From a virus, in the IMG/VR virus record IMGVR_UViG_3300002460_000006, positions 1-48,321 of that record: a DNA stretch of 48,321 nucleotides. One strand, written 5' to 3'. The position numbers and the translations under genes are program-made. Positions 9,277-16,567 of the stretch are shown here, piece after piece. Under the pieces are notes generated by a model that saw only the letters and a program-made list of their open reading frames with translations, was not told the DNA's origin and ran no database searches. The stretch's first letter is position 1. Every line of letters starts with the position of its first letter.

Positions 9277-10816
9277 AGTCCATTCCTTGGTCTGGCATTT
9301 TCAGTGCGCGATCTCCAAGACTCCTTGTCTCAGACCCCATCTCATTCTCCGGGCGACGCTCTAGTAACTTCCTGGCAAACCCCAACACGAACCCGTCACT
9401 CACGTCCGGTGACTGACCAACCCGAGCTTTAATATCCCTCTTTGGTTCGGCAAGCTTCTTTAAGCTGGTCTTATGTCTAGTCCCTTTGGTCCAACATAGT
9501 TGCTTTAAAATGTCAGGAAGCCACTCTTCAATTCGACTCCCTAGAGCTCCTCCGTCTTTGAGCCACTTCTCGGCCTCATTATACATTTGAGCTCTCATGT
9601 TCTCGTATTCGGAGTCCTTGCGCTCTGGGTGGTCATTGGGACTTGAGGCAAAGCTCACCAGCTCCCAATGATACTTCTCATCGGCATTGGCTAGAGTCTT
9701 AAGTGTGGTCCCCTCTCCTTGGTCGATGAGTACCATGTCAGCCCCAAGTTTGCGCTCCCACTCGATCAACTTATGATAGGTGTACCGGTGATCCTGACCC
9801 TGGGTCTTATCTAATTTATAACGCTCTAAAAGCTCCGCATAAGGTCCTTGCATATACCAAATGACAGTCTCATCCCCACCTGTCCAGGCAGGGTCACACA
9901 TGAGCATCACAGGTAAGGTGGACACCTGAGACTTATCGAAGTCTTTACCTCTATCGATAGCGGCACTCACAGCCTCCATACTGATAATAGAGTCCTTCGC
10001 CGACTTCCTCGGTAAGCCCCGCACCCGCACCCTGAACTCGTCATGGTCCTCGGAACCGTACTCCCTAAGCCAAGCTGCGATCTGCTTAGGGTCAACATGC
10101 TTCATGGTCCTGGTGTCGATCCTAAGACTATGCCACTCAGGTGAGCCCATGAGTTGCTCAAACTTACTCTCAGGGTCATCGGAGTTACCGAAAGCCATCC
10201 ATATTTTAATGGTGTCTACGTCAGTCATAGCTCCAGAGACGTAATTCCAAATAACCGCAGGGATACCCGGAGCCTCCTCGAAAATATATAAAACAGCTCG
10301 CCCTAGGTTGTGCAGTCCCGATATAGACGCAGGCGAACTGGCATCCCAAGTCACCGCATCCAGTCGCCAAGTCTCGGACCTTTTGGGGTCCTTGGCTTTA
10401 ATACTCTCACCGAACTTCTCAAAGAAGTGCTCACTGAACCTGGCATGTCGGTACCATTTATCGTACTCAGGCCAAATAACAGCTGTCATTTGAGGTTTAG
10501 TATTGGCCGTGATACGCCCTCTAACCTGTTGGGTGTACATGAGCATTAAAAACGTCATAGCCCCAAAGGAAGTCTTAGCCGCCCCATTACCGCTACTGAT
10601 GATAAGTCGGTAAGTCTCATAGCGAGTGAGAGGGTTACTTAAATGTTTACTTAATTTATCCCACTCCGCGAGCTGCCAATCATAAGGCTCGACGTTCTCC
10701 AACTCATGGTCCTTCTCACCAAAAGGAAAGATGATATAGGCAAGCTTAACGAAGTCGTAACGATTATCATTAACCAGCGTCTTAAACAGCTCCACGTCCT
10801 CAGCTGAAGGGATCAC
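9239..10816 (-). CDS. terL: Terminase large subunit.
   Basis: Walker A-like SSGNGAAKTS, Walker B-like LYIFEEA, and nuclease-domain CDPAWTGGDETV. 525 aa, adjacent to the small subunit and portal. Confidence 0.9.
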   Translation of the reverse strand: MIPSAEDVELFKTLVNDNRYDFVKLAYIIFPFGEKDHELENVEPYDWQLAEWDKLSKHLSNPLTRYETYRLIISSGNGAAKTSFGAMTFLMLMYTQQVRGRITANTKPQMTAVIWPEYDKWYRHARFSEHFFEKFGESIKAKDPKRSETWRLDAVTWDASSPASISGLHNLGRAVLYIFEEAPGIPAVIWNYVSGAMTDVDTIKIWMAFGNSDDPESKFEQLMGSPEWHSLRIDTRTMKHVDPKQIAAWLREYGSEDHDEFRVRVRGLPRKSAKDSIISMEAVSAAIDRGKDFDKSQVSTLPVMLMCDPAWTGGDETVIWYMQGPYAELLERYKLDKTQGQDHRYTYHKLIEWERKLGADMVLIDQGEGTTLKTLANADEKYHWELVSFASSPNDHPERKDSEYENMRAQMYNEAEKWLKDGGALGSRIEEWLPDILKQLCWTKGTRHKTSLKKLAEPKRDIKARVGQSPDVSDGFVLGFARKLLERRPENEMGSETRSLGDRALKMPDQGMDYEQTYYEEGLYD

Positions 10817-11157
10817 TTTAACCCCTGTAACATAATGTTTGTGAGAAGGTAGGCCTGAGCCTCGTCGTTGCTAAAGTCAGCCCTTACGCCCGCTTTATCT
10901 AAAATGAAATTGCAGGCATGAAGGCACTCATGACCGTAGATGTGCATTTGAGTTTTATCTCTAGTCCAAACGTAAAGGTTACCCTTTAGAGCCACCGTGA
11001 ACCCGTCAGGAGCCTCATCTTTATCCACCTCATATTTGGTCTGCTTCAGGATGAAGTCTTTAAACTCCTCCCAGTCCCAACCAAGGAAGTAGTAGACATT
11101 CACTCTGTACACTTCACAGTAATACCAATGAGGGAGGCGCACTTTTCGTTTAGCCAC
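10813..11157 (-). CDS. Small HExxH-motif protein (putative minimal zinc metallopeptidase).
   Basis: 114 aa. Contains YGHECLHACNF (HExxH). The GTG start overlaps the terS stop. Confidence 0.45.
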   Translation of the reverse strand: MAKRKVRLPHWYYCEVYRVNVYYFLGWDWEEFKDFILKQTKYEVDKDEAPDGFTVALKGNLYVWTRDKTQMHIYGHECLHACNFILDKAGVRADFSNDEAQAYLLTNIMLQGLK

Positions 11158-11908
11158 CCTTCACCCCCGGTGGTGCCGGCATCTGCGGTCTGACTCCAAC
11201 CTCGATCACGTCTCTGACCTCGGAGGCCTTACTCTCAGCCCTGTCTTTAGAAGCCAGTAGGGTAGAGGCCATGGTGCGCCCCATATCATGCTCGACTCGC
11301 TTGGTCTCTTTGAAAATTTCCTTCTCTCTACCGAGCAGCTCTGCGGCTCGCATCTTATCCCAAAACTCAACCTCTATGACTTTACCCGTAACTACAGGCA
11401 TACCGTTCGGGTCGGTACCGTACTCATTTTTAGCTTTAAATTTCTTAATGGCTCTTCGGACCTCAGGTGAGAGTTTTTTAAGACTCTCCACAAACGAACC
11501 GTCCTCGTTCTCCAAATCCCCCGGATCTACGAAGGCAATCTCTTTAACCTTCTCGACGATCTCTTCAGCGTCATAGCCGTATTTTAAAACCGCTCGCTCC
11601 GTGATCTCTTTAATCGCCTCAAAGATGTCAGGCTTCGCTCTCATCCTCACGCCAACATGGGGAGGAAGGCCTATGGCCTTAGCGGACTGCCTGGCATCAC
11701 GATTGAAAATATACTCGTTGATAAACCGCAGGACATAAGGATTGTCGTGATGCTCGGGCTTTAAACACTTGCGCAGGATAAGAGAAATCTCATCTGTGCT
11801 GATTAACATAGAAAGGTCTGACTTAGGTGGTAGAGGAAATCCCATAACCAAATGTTGGTCTATTGAATCATTGTCGGTCAACACCAATATTCTACTAAAG
11901 TATGCCAA
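11150..11908 (-). CDS. terS: Terminase small subunit.
   Basis: First gene of the late operon, upstream of terL. RFINEYIFNRDARQSAKAIGL resembles the Terminase_2 HTH region. The start (TTG 11908) is uncertain. Confidence 0.6.
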   Translation of the reverse strand: MAYFSRILVLTDNDSIDQHLVMGFPLPPKSDLSMLISTDEISLILRKCLKPEHHDNPYVLRFINEYIFNRDARQSAKAIGLPPHVGVRMRAKPDIFEAIKEITERAVLKYGYDAEEIVEKVKEIAFVDPGDLENEDGSFVESLKKLSPEVRRAIKKFKAKNEYGTDPNGMPVVTGKVIEVEFWDKMRAAELLGREKEIFKETKRVEHDMGRTMASTLLASKDRAESKASEVRDVIEVGVRPQMPAPPGVKGG

Positions 11909-12182
11909 TGACTACATTGTGCTTAACCTTTCTACATAGGGGAGGAGGGGATCGGGAGAGGGCTACCTCAATTACAACATTGTTGCACAGCGTTATATAG
12001 CGGAAAAATTAAAAAATTGTTGGGAACCCCTTATACAATATTTTAGCCCATCTCAAATTTCTGACCCACCCCCCTCGCATTTAAAACCCTTTTAAAAAAC
12101 CTATCATAAACTTAGAACTATTTACCACATTGTAAACTACTTGGACCTATACGGTGGTGTATAGCTTGAGACAATACTCTCC

Positions 12183-12417
12183 ACATTGTGGCATTACATT
12201 GTGGTAGTGCTACATTGTGGCATTACATTGTGGTAGTGCTACACTGTTGTAATATGTGGTTAACAGTGCCACACTGTTGTAAATACCAAAGGAATGATTG
12301 CCACACTGTTGTAAAATGTGGCTAGTAGTGCTACACTGTTGTAAAATGTGGTTAACAGTGCTACACTGTTGTAAAATGTGGTAAATTGAAGCGATTTTTG
12401 CTACATTGTTGTAAAAA
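12183..12417 (+). repeat. Phased array of 8 direct units (period 29-32 bp, last spacing 40) with core ACAYTGTKG(TAA).
   Basis: Unit starts are 12183, 12212, 12241, 12271, 12303, 12333, 12363 and 12403. The first two units are exact 29-bp copies. Three units share ACACTGTTGTAAAATGTGG. Confidence 0.9.
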
Positions 12418-12496
12418 TCTTGCCAAAAACTCCCCAAATTGACGAAAAACACAACAATGTAGTAAAATATTTTTAAAATAACGCATCGCTCATCCC

Positions 12497-12525
12497 TTGA
12501 TTTCCCCTCAAATCCAATATATAAT
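12497..12525 (+). promoter_or_regulatory. Sigma70-type promoter candidate pointing toward the early genes.
   Basis: TTGATT (12497..12502), a 17-nt spacer, then perfect TATAAT (12520..12525). Confidence 0.5.
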
Positions 12526-12603
12526 ATATATGACTGCTAGGCAGCATCCGGAGGAGTTTACGACTCCTTCGGTCCTGCCAAGCGGGTGTCTATATATATT
12601 ATA
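12518..12603. other. Long imperfect inverted repeat / extended hairpin with AT-only outer arms.
   Basis: Outer arms tatataatatatatgac / gtctatatatattata. Inner pairs GGCAG(12540-44)/CTGCC(12575-79) and CCGGAGGAG(12548-56)/CTCCTTCGG(12564-72). Loop is tttacga. Confidence 0.8.
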
Positions 12604-12735
12604 CGGCGCGTTAAATCTCTTCCCACATTGTTGTAATTTTGCCTAATTTAAGAACATTGTTGCATTGCTTCCCACATTGTTGTATATTGACAGTGTAGAG
12701 CAATTCCGCTCTCGCAAAAACCAAAGGATACATTT

Positions 12736-12969
12736 ATGAAAATGCATAAGAACTTTAAACTAGGTTTGGTTGTTGTCATGGCAAGTATTGCTATCAAAGC
12801 ATTCGCCGCTGATACATATGTTCAGGCCAACGATTGCGCCGGTAAAGAAATGACTGGTAAAGAAGTTGTCGAGACTTTGATCAAAAACCCAAAGGCTAAA
12901 ATCATCAAGTTTAGCTTGGTCGAACTATCTGAAAAGACTGGTAAAATCAAAAACAAGTCGAACCGATAA
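12736..12969 (+). CDS. Small secreted protein (signal peptide).
   Basis: MKMHKNFKLGLVVVMASIAIKAFA|AD. First early gene. Confidence 0.65.
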   Translation: MKMHKNFKLGLVVVMASIAIKAFAADTYVQANDCAGKEMTGKEVVETLIKNPKAKIIKFSLVELSEKTGKIKNKSNR

Positions 12970-13020
12970 AACGGACTGTTAACAAAAGCATGGACGCTTT
13001 TATATTTGGAGTTTAACCGT

Positions 13021-13344
13021 ATGAAATTATTAATACTAGCTCTTACCATCATTATCGCTTGTCAAAGTAATGCCTCTGAAAAAGGTTATGATAACAATTC
13101 TCTTCACGAATGGGCTGAACGCGTGGTCACAAAGCGTTTCCCTAAACTAAGTAAGTCACAAACACCCTATACCGCTTGCATTGAGCATTCCGCATTCGTT
13201 AAGACCGATGGGCGAGTATACGACGAAACGAAGCTTACAGGCTCGTGGGAAGGTTCAAAACGCCAAGAGGTAAGTCTTGCAATCACTTACGGGGCAGACG
13301 TGGTGAATGCGTGTGCAATACTCATGCATGGCATGGAATGGTGA
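13021..13344 (+). CDS. Putative lipoprotein.
   Basis: ATG 13021 is preceded by GGAG. MKLLILALTIIIAC carries the lipobox IIAC. The track's TTG start at 13006 is less likely. Confidence 0.6.
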   Translation: MKLLILALTIIIACQSNASEKGYDNNSLHEWAERVVTKRFPKLSKSQTPYTACIEHSAFVKTDGRVYDETKLTGSWEGSKRQEVSLAITYGADVVNACAILMHGMEW

Positions 13345-13345
13345 A

Positions 13346-13441
13346 ATGTATTGTATTACCAAGTTGCTATTATTGGTTAGTATAGGGTTCCTCGCAGGGG
13401 CCTTTTTGTTTTTTGGTATCTGCAATTTAATAGGAGTGTAA
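13346..13441 (+). CDS. Possible 31-aa single-TM peptide.
   Basis: Hand-translated as MYCITKLLLLVSIGFLAGAFLFFGICNLIGV. It fills an otherwise empty gap. Confidence 0.3.
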   Translation: MYCITKLLLLVSIGFLAGAFLFFGICNLIGV

Positions 13442-13443
13442 AT

Positions 13444-13548
13444 ATGGATCGTTTGACTGAACTATCGGAAAAATATGAGAAGGACCCAAAGTCGTTGACT
13501 CGTGAGGAACTCTTAGAGTTGATAAACTTGGTACTTAAACAGTTATGA
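13444..13548 (+). CDS. Possible 34-aa protein.
   Basis: AGGAG RBS 7 nt upstream. The stop overlaps the next start (ATGA). Confidence 0.45.
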   Translation: MDRLTELSEKYEKDPKSLTREELLELINLVLKQL

Positions 13549-13880
13549 AAACAAAACGCCTCTTTATCGAAAGTAGAAACTCTTTTGAATTATTACAACG
13601 GGCTTTCACTTTGTCTCGAATGAGTCACAATGGTATTAAGTCTGAACTATCGTTAAAACTTAAGGCTGTTCGACAATATTTGTCAAACTATCGCGGCGGC
13701 GCGTTTGATTACTTGTCGAACTACCCGTGTGGATATCAAGACTCTCACGGTGATAAGGTAGATCGGTTATTTTTTGAGTACGAATCATTGAAACTCGCTT
13801 ATAAACTCTCCAAAGGTGAAGCGACTGCGGTAATGCATCACTTTCAAGTAATGGTAGGTGATCATGATCACCAGATTTAA
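13545..13880 (+). CDS. Hypothetical early protein.
   Basis: 111-aa ORF, translationally coupled. Confidence 0.6.
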   Translation: MKTKRLFIESRNSFELLQRAFTLSRMSHNGIKSELSLKLKAVRQYLSNYRGGAFDYLSNYPCGYQDSHGDKVDRLFFEYESLKLAYKLSKGEATAVMHHFQVMVGDHDHQI

Positions 13881-14049
13881 ATCCATAACAGAGGTATCGG
13901 GCCCGGAGTGGGGCCTTGGGTGGCGAATTTAGACCGTGAAGATAACGAAATGACAATTTGGTTTTTTAAACTCTGGCCTTGCGAAATCCATACCTTAAAA
14001 GTACACCCGTTAAGTTACGAACTATCCATTGCCGAGTATATCACTACCA

Positions 14050-14157
14050 ATGTTTGAGTGGATTCTCATAAGCCTTGGAGCTTTAATATTCATATTGATA
14101 CATTACTTGATACTTACCCGTCGGCAATCCAATCAAATCAAAAACGACCAAGACTAA
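14050..14157 (+). CDS. Possible 35-aa single-TM peptide.
   Basis: Hand-translated as MFEWILISLGALIFILIHYLILTRRQSNQIKNDQD. Confidence 0.3.
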   Translation: MFEWILISLGALIFILIHYLILTRRQSNQIKNDQD

Positions 14158-14276
14158 AATATCACATCGCGTTTACATTATTTAGTATTGACAACATTGT
14201 CACATTTTACCACATTGTAGTCTCAACGGTCTAAGGTTACTCTTACAGTAGCCTTGGCATTTCTGAGAGGGTTTCA

Positions 14277-14477
14277 ATGAGTAAAAAGACGGAGTTACAT
14301 GCTGCTTTCGCTAAGTGGTTTAATCGTACACCTATCCCTATGTTGGATATTCCACGCGTCATGGATAAGTCTCGAGACTTAATGATATTAGGTCATCATG
14401 ATGCTGATCGGGCCATGCAATTGGTTCGTGAGACTTATAAAGAGGTCAAGCCGGGGGTGTTTCAATGTCAACCGTAA
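14277..14477 (+). CDS. Hypothetical early protein.
   Basis: 66-aa ORF with GAGAGGG RBS, downstream of a motif-bearing intergenic region. Confidence 0.6.
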   Translation: MSKKTELHAAFAKWFNRTPIPMLDIPRVMDKSRDLMILGHHDADRAMQLVRETYKEVKPGVFQCQP

Positions 14478-15019
14478 AGAATAAATTTAAGACATTGGCG
14501 CGTTTTGCTAGCAAAGACCCCACAAAACCTCATTTGGGTTTCATTGTTTGGAATGAGACGTTAAAAGGACTTGTTGCCTGTGATGGTTACAGGTTAATCG
14601 TGGATAAAACAGGCCCGATGAGTGAGCCTTTTAGTGCCTCTGTGTACTTAAAAACAGGTGAGAGGTTAGTGGACAAAAACGTATTGGAACGTTATCCGAA
14701 CGCCTTACGTATAATCCCGGATATAGAGACGTATCCTTTCGATAATTGTTTTGAGTTCACGGTCCCCAATTGGTTCGGGAAATTAGACAGTGACCAAAAG
14801 GACAAACCTATAAGTTTTACGCTCAATGGTGCAGCTATGGTGACAATCAAAGACCCTTGTAAAATTGTACCTATCGCATTTACCCTAAATGCGAGGTTAC
14901 TAGCTCCACTTGCGGGTTTAACGCTATTTTTAAGGTGGAAAGACAGTATGGGTCCTGTCCACTTTACTCTCACCGATGAGCCTGATATTTACGGCGTATT
15001 GATGCCGATGAGAGGGTGA
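14465..15019 (+). CDS. Truncated DnaN / beta sliding-clamp-like protein (184 aa).
   Basis: KPHLGFIVWNETLKGLVACDGYRLIV parallels E. coli DnaN RYYLNGMLFE..LRTVATDGHRLAV. ERYPNALRIIPD parallels GRFPDYRRVLP. C-terminal YGVLMPMRG parallels ..YVVMPMRL. Confidence 0.6.
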   Translation: MSTVKNKFKTLARFASKDPTKPHLGFIVWNETLKGLVACDGYRLIVDKTGPMSEPFSASVYLKTGERLVDKNVLERYPNALRIIPDIETYPFDNCFEFTVPNWFGKLDSDQKDKPISFTLNGAAMVTIKDPCKIVPIAFTLNARLLAPLAGLTLFLRWKDSMGPVHFTLTDEPDIYGVLMPMRG

Positions 15020-15022
15020 GCC

Positions 15023-15157
15023 ATGCTAATAGAGATATGCTTTGGGATTTTAGGGTGTTTTATCACCTTACTTTTAGTGGTCGCATGGATGTCTTTGACG
15101 TTGGATAAAAGGGATAGGCGGCTTAGTAAGACGTGGCGGCCAAGAGGTGAGTCATGA
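15023..15157 (+). CDS. Possible 44-aa single-TM protein.
   Basis: GAGGGTGAG RBS. MLIEICFGILGCFITLLLVVAWM.. The stop overlaps the next ATG (ATGA). Confidence 0.5.
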   Translation: MLIEICFGILGCFITLLLVVAWMSLTLDKRDRRLSKTWRPRGES

Positions 15158-15396
15158 GAGGCGGTTATCGGATAGTCCGTTATCATTGGCATTTAACCAG
15201 CTTTAAGACTGAGTATTTGGCTCACGATGGACTTTGGTACTCTGAGTGTGAAGATGATTACCCTAGTCCACTAGAGGCGAGAGTGTGGTTTCAAAGTATT
15301 TTCCCAGATAAGACTTTAAGGCGCGTAAAGTATTGGATTCAAGGGCCCAACGGCGGTAAACATGCCTTGGTTAGAAAAAAGGTAGGTTATGGATAA
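15154..15396 (+). CDS. Hypothetical protein.
   Basis: 80-aa ORF with AGAGGTGAG RBS. Confidence 0.6.
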   Translation: MRGGYRIVRYHWHLTSFKTEYLAHDGLWYSECEDDYPSPLEARVWFQSIFPDKTLRRVKYWIQGPNGGKHALVRKKVGYG

Positions 15397-15892
15397 ATTA
15401 GACATGGATATTGAAATGCTGGAGATCTCCCCTAAAGGTGTGGACTATACGGCGAAAGTAAAGTTACCCAAAGATACGGCCTATAAGGTCTATCATGTCG
15501 CTAAGACTAAGGGTTACTCCTACAACTCTATCGTTCAGATGGCCGTCGACTTTGCGCTTAGGAATATGAACGAGTGTTTTGACTTTGACTACAGTTGGTC
15601 CAGCGAAGACCACGAAGCGGGTAAGTATGCCAAGGAAGCAAGTTTGCTTTTGAAGTACTTGAACAAGTTTGATGACTTGGGGTGTACCGCTTTTCAGTTG
15701 GTTATGTATCGAGAGGAGTTTTTCGTTAAAAGTCCAACGGCGGTTCTAGGGGCCTTGCAAGAATTGCATATTAACGGACTGGTCGAGACGGTCGCGAATA
15801 AGCGCAGTAACTTCAAGACTCCTTCAGGTGAGTTTTGGCGTGTCAAAGGTATTGGTAAAAGAACTAAAGACGTTATGAAAGGGGTGTTGTAA
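15389..15892 (+). CDS. Hypothetical protein, possible winged-helix C-terminal half.
   Basis: 167-aa ORF. ..LGALQELHINGLVETVANKRS.. looks wHTH-like. Unverified. Confidence 0.55.
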   Translation: MDKLDMDIEMLEISPKGVDYTAKVKLPKDTAYKVYHVAKTKGYSYNSIVQMAVDFALRNMNECFDFDYSWSSEDHEAGKYAKEASLLLKYLNKFDDLGCTAFQLVMYREEFFVKSPTAVLGALQELHINGLVETVANKRSNFKTPSGEFWRVKGIGKRTKDVMKGVL

Positions 15893-16111
15893 GTGGATAA
15901 CAGGAAAGTGGATAAAACGGAGTTTTGGGGAAAAGATGTCGTGGCCTTTCGTAAGGCTCATGGGATGCAACAATCGGACTTGGCAGAGCTTTTAGGTGTC
16001 ACCAAAGGGGCAGTAGAACACTGGGAAGCGGACCGAAGACATGTCCCTGAACCTGTGGTTAGGATTTTAATCCTGTTCGAAAGTGAACCTAAACTCATGA
16101 GTAAGTTTTAG
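15893..16111 (+). CDS. XRE-family helix-turn-helix protein.
   Basis: FRKAHGMQQSDLAELLGVTKGAVEHWEADRRHVPEP fits the Cro/CI HTH pattern. Confidence 0.7.
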   Translation: MDNRKVDKTEFWGKDVVAFRKAHGMQQSDLAELLGVTKGAVEHWEADRRHVPEPVVRILILFESEPKLMSKF

Positions 16112-16174
16112 TCATGTCCAGACCTACGAAAATACGAACGTTACAGATATTCCCGAGACCACATTGGGGGAGAT

Positions 16175-16450
16175 ATGAAAGAATTTGATCTTAAAAAAGC
16201 TCGTGAAGCGGCTACTCATAGACACTCTCCGGTGGACTTCGCAATGGGTGCAGAGTGGCAATATAACCAAGAGCGCCTTTCGGAAAAATCAATGACTGAA
16301 GAAGATGTAGCCAACACCAACCTTATCGCAGCTGCACCTGAAATGCTTGAGGCGCTAATAAACGCAGCTTCCGTACTGGCATGCTTTCCAGGGCAAGAAC
16401 CTGAGGTGCAAAAATTACGTGATTTAATCAAAAAAGCGAGAGGCGAGTAG
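16175..16450 (+). CDS. Hypothetical protein.
   Basis: 91-aa ORF with GGGGGAG RBS. Last gene of the early block. Confidence 0.6.
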   Translation: MKEFDLKKAREAATHRHSPVDFAMGAEWQYNQERLSEKSMTEEDVANTNLIAAAPEMLEALINAASVLACFPGQEPEVQKLRDLIKKARGE

Positions 16451-16567
16451 ATGAGCAAGCGGATAAATTAGTCGAGGAATTGAACAAAGAATAATTAAAA
16501 CCCTCTCGCTCGTCGGGGGAGGTTCTAGGTTTAGTCATTTGGTTCTGTAATCGTTGCAAGAAAGACG

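Noticed and set aside
12183-12417. Possibility that the regular ~30-bp array is a CRISPR array.
   Set aside because: The 'spacers' are only ~10-17 nt and are themselves partly conserved (taaaatgtgg, tagtgct). Repeats are short and degenerate. No cas genes or leader are present.
12210-12452. 80-aa minus-strand ORF (..HILQQCSTVNHILQQCSTTSHILQQC..).
   Set aside because: Its repetitive peptide is just the translation of the 30-bp DNA repeat array. It has no RBS and lies in the divergent control region. I treat it as non-coding.
15893-16111. Lysogeny module (repressor/Cro) implied by the XRE HTH genes.
   Set aside because: No integrase, excisionase, partition genes or attachment-site-like repeats were seen. 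HTH proteins alone do not establish a temperate lifestyle.
16451-16567. Bidirectional terminator between the convergent early block and the primase gene.
   Set aside because: Only weak pairing (CCTC...GAGG) could be drawn around 16500-16525. This is not enough to call a terminator.
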